DNA of 16,640 nucleotides from Calditrichaceae bacterium (GTDB lineage Bacteria > Calditrichota > Calditrichia > Calditrichales > JBFXGD01). Within the stretch, counting starts at the first letter, position 1, and each line of letters opens with the position of its first letter. The stretch is taken from the NCBI GenBank assembly GCA_050178385.1, contig JBFXGD010000067.1, forward strand, positions 1 to 16,640, in the 5' to 3' direction. A program made the translations under genes and the position numbers. The notes under the pieces were generated by a model. That model worked only from the letters and a program-made list of their open reading frames with translations. It was not told the DNA's origin and ran no database searches. Below, piece after piece: positions 14,887 to 16,640 of this stretch.

Positions 14887-16194
14887 TTAATCCGGCCTGA
14901 CCATCTCTGAAACCGCGACCGGTTTACGTAAAAGCGCGTATTCATCCGGTTTTTTCGGTAAATTTATATATACATCCGTCCCGCCCCCATGGGCGATTTC
15001 TATCAAATTACCGTTTGTGTCCGTCATCTTTTTTACCTGAAAGGGAATTGTTTCAGCAGGTGTAATCATTTCAAGAAATTCCCCTGTTTTAAAACGGTTT
15101 CGCACCCGTATCCTGGCCATTTCATTTTGTTCTTCCCATTGATCAATAATACCGGTGAACACATGAGTATGATTCCCTGAATGACCTGATTCATAATTCT
15201 GTCCCCTGTCGAGCGGATTTTTTTCAAGAAATCCTGTTATATATCCTCGGTTCGCGACGGCATTTACTTCATTCAGGATATTTTCAGGAACAGATTCCGA
15301 TCGCATATAATGATCTAAAGCCTTTCTGTAAGCGCGTGTTATGGTACTCACATAATAGACCGATTTTGTTCTTCCTTCGACCTTAAAACTATCAATACCC
15401 GCTTTTATCATTTGGTCCAGTAATTCAATGGCCGATAAATCTTTCGCGTTCATGATATATGTACCATGTTCATCTTCATCGATCTGCATCAATGAACCGG
15501 GTCGGTCTTTTTCCTCGAGATAGAAACTGCCTTTGATTGGCATATAGGCGTCACCCTCATCCTGTGAATCAGGGTTTTCAGTATACATATTGTACTCCCA
15601 TCGACAGGCATTTGTACAGGTGCCCTGATTCGCGTCCCGGTGATTAAAATAATTTGACAACAGGCATCTCCCGGAATACGCGATGCATATTGCTCCATGG
15701 ACAAAAGCTTCAAGTTCAATTTCAGGCACCCGTTGCTTGATCTCACTTATTTCATCAATGGATAATTCCCTGCTCAAAATGATCCGCTTGACGCCTAAAT
15801 TATGCCAGAATTTGACCGTCGCCCAATTCACTGTATTTGCCTGAGTCGACAGATGAATATCCAGCTCAGGATATTTTTCTCTGGCAAGCATGATCATTCC
15901 GGGATCAGCTATTATCAAACCATCCGGTTTCAGACCGACAACATCATTCATTACGTTTACAAATGAATCAACTTTTCTATTATGAGGAAATATGTTCATG
16001 GTTAAATAAAATTTTTTCCCAAGCCGGTGTGCAAAATGGATAGCATCTTTCATGTTTTGCATTGTAAAATCGTTTTCCCGGGCGCGCAGGGAAAATCTTG
16101 GCACTCCGGCATACACTGCGTCAGCTCCGTATGACAGAGCATATTTCATTTTCTCTATGGTTCCTGCCGGAACGAGTAATTCCACATTATTCAT
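14887..16194 (-). CDS. trhP: U32-family tRNA 5-hydroxyuridine (ho5U34) synthesis protein TrhP (YegQ)
   Basis: ELLVPAG, YGADAVYAG.PRFSLR, IHLSTQANTVNWATVKFW, RIILSRELS, Fe-S Cys motif HGAICIAYSGRC...NQGTCTNACRWEY, EDEHGTYIMNAKDL, KVEGRTKS.YY, plus C-terminal beta domain. Closely follows E. coli YegQ as I recall it. Confidence 0.9.
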   Translation of the reverse strand: MNNVELLVPAGTIEKMKYALSYGADAVYAGVPRFSLRARENDFTMQNMKDAIHFAHRLGKKFYLTMNIFPHNRKVDSFVNVMNDVVGLKPDGLIIADPGMIMLAREKYPELDIHLSTQANTVNWATVKFWHNLGVKRIILSRELSIDEISEIKQRVPEIELEAFVHGAICIAYSGRCLLSNYFNHRDANQGTCTNACRWEYNMYTENPDSQDEGDAYMPIKGSFYLEEKDRPGSLMQIDEDEHGTYIMNAKDLSAIELLDQMIKAGIDSFKVEGRTKSVYYVSTITRAYRKALDHYMRSESVPENILNEVNAVANRGYITGFLEKNPLDRGQNYESGHSGNHTHVFTGIIDQWEEQNEMARIRVRNRFKTGEFLEMITPAETIPFQVKKMTDTNGNLIEIAHGGGTDVYINLPKKPDEYALLRKPVAVSEMVRPD

Positions 16195-16223
16195 TTTATA
16201 AACCTTTTTCTTAATGAGTGTTG

Positions 16224-16252
16224 AATTTACAATTCCGGGGCGGGGAATTCAA
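16224..16252 (-). promoter_or_regulatory. Putative sigma70-type promoter for trhP
   Basis: Minus strand TTGAAT-17 nt-TAAATT, ending 29 nt upstream of the ATG and directly downstream of the predicted terminator. Confidence 0.55.
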
Positions 16253-16257
16253 ACGAT

Positions 16258-16290
16258 AAAGAGAAACAGGGGATTTTACATCTCCCCGTC
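16258..16290 (-). terminator. Probable intrinsic terminator after the YggN-like gene
   Basis: Minus strand GACGGGGAGAT-GTAAA-ATCCCCTGTT imperfect GC-rich stem followed by TCTCTTT. Confidence 0.55.
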
Positions 16291-16365
16291 TTTAAAGACA
16301 CAGCGATCATGACCTTAACAATATATCGTCATCTCAGAGAATATTTTTAAATGAACCGGCCAGGT

Positions 16366-16640
16366 TTAGTTTTCATCATGGAAACTTAAATTTAGTGATT
16401 CCCATTCCCGAATTCGCTGTCCTAATTCGAGATTTACTTCTTCAAGTTCGATGACAATATTTTCTATATCATCCGCATCGCTTTCAATCAGTTCTGCTTT
16501 TTCTTCAATTTTCCTGGCCTCTGCTTCAATTTTGTCCTGAAACTCTTCTTCGGCTTTTTCATCACAACCTTCTGCAATAAGTACCACGACACCACCAACC
16601 GCTTTGGCAGCCAAAGCAACGCCATCTAATCCTATCATCG
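16366..16640 (-). CDS. C-terminal part of an acidic helical protein, possibly YggN/DUF2884-like
   Basis: Frame is open to the window edge, so the Met at 16638 is probably internal. Pattern GLDGVALAAKAVGGV..L followed by an acidic coiled coil (KIEAEARKIEEKAELI..L..L...I) resembles DUF2884 C-termini. Family call tentative. Confidence 0.5.
   Translation of the reverse strand, partial: MIGLDGVALAAKAVGGVVVLIAEGCDEKAEEEFQDKIEAEARKIEEKAELIESDADDIENIVIELEEVNLELGQRIREWESLNLSFHDEN

Noticed and set aside
1336..15746. Numerous 60-134 aa plus-strand and alternate-frame ORFs
   Set aside because: All lie within or almost entirely overlap long, motif-supported minus-strand genes, show no recognisable motifs, and look like antisense or frame shadows.
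12895..16194. A biosynthetic cluster (U32 hydroxylase + amidohydrolase + prenyl synthase), e.g. UbiU/UbiV quinone or RiPP/mycofactocin pathway
   Set aside because: The U32 protein has TrhP-specific motifs and C-terminal domain with no UbiV/UbiT partner. No precursor peptide, radical SAM enzyme, cyclase or desaturase is present. Co-orientation alone is uninformative because every gene in the window is on the minus strand.
1..16640. CRISPR arrays, tRNA/rRNA genes, IS elements, prophage, frameshifted pseudogenes
   Set aside because: Intergenic gaps are at most about 200 bp with no spaced direct repeats or cloverleaf structures. No transposase or integrase motifs, and all recognised genes appear full length apart from window-edge truncation.

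Overview
Gene-dense, AT-rich bacterial chromosomal window with 12 CDSs, all on the minus strand. I found no tRNA/rRNA, CRISPR array, transposase or phage genes. In transcription order (right to left): partial YggN/DUF2884-like protein, trhP (U32-family tRNA hydroxylase), creatininase-family amidohydrolase, one-enzyme-type squalene synthase, rsmF-like m5C methyltransferase, then a tightly coupled three-gene unit (2TM TVGYGD K+ channel with RCK domain, stand-alone cyclic-nucleotide-binding domain protein, 606-aa helical-repeat protein with a C-terminal four-Cys motif), then valS, a secreted DUF4139 protein, a membrane-anchored 4xPEGA protein with a duplicated cytoplasmic motif, and rarA (truncated by the window edge, missing from the ORF track). 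The best candidate for an undescribed system is the K+ channel/CNBD/Cys-motif operon; the second is the DUF4139/PEGA envelope pair. Family calls come from motifs recognised by eye, no searches were run, and novelty is unverified.
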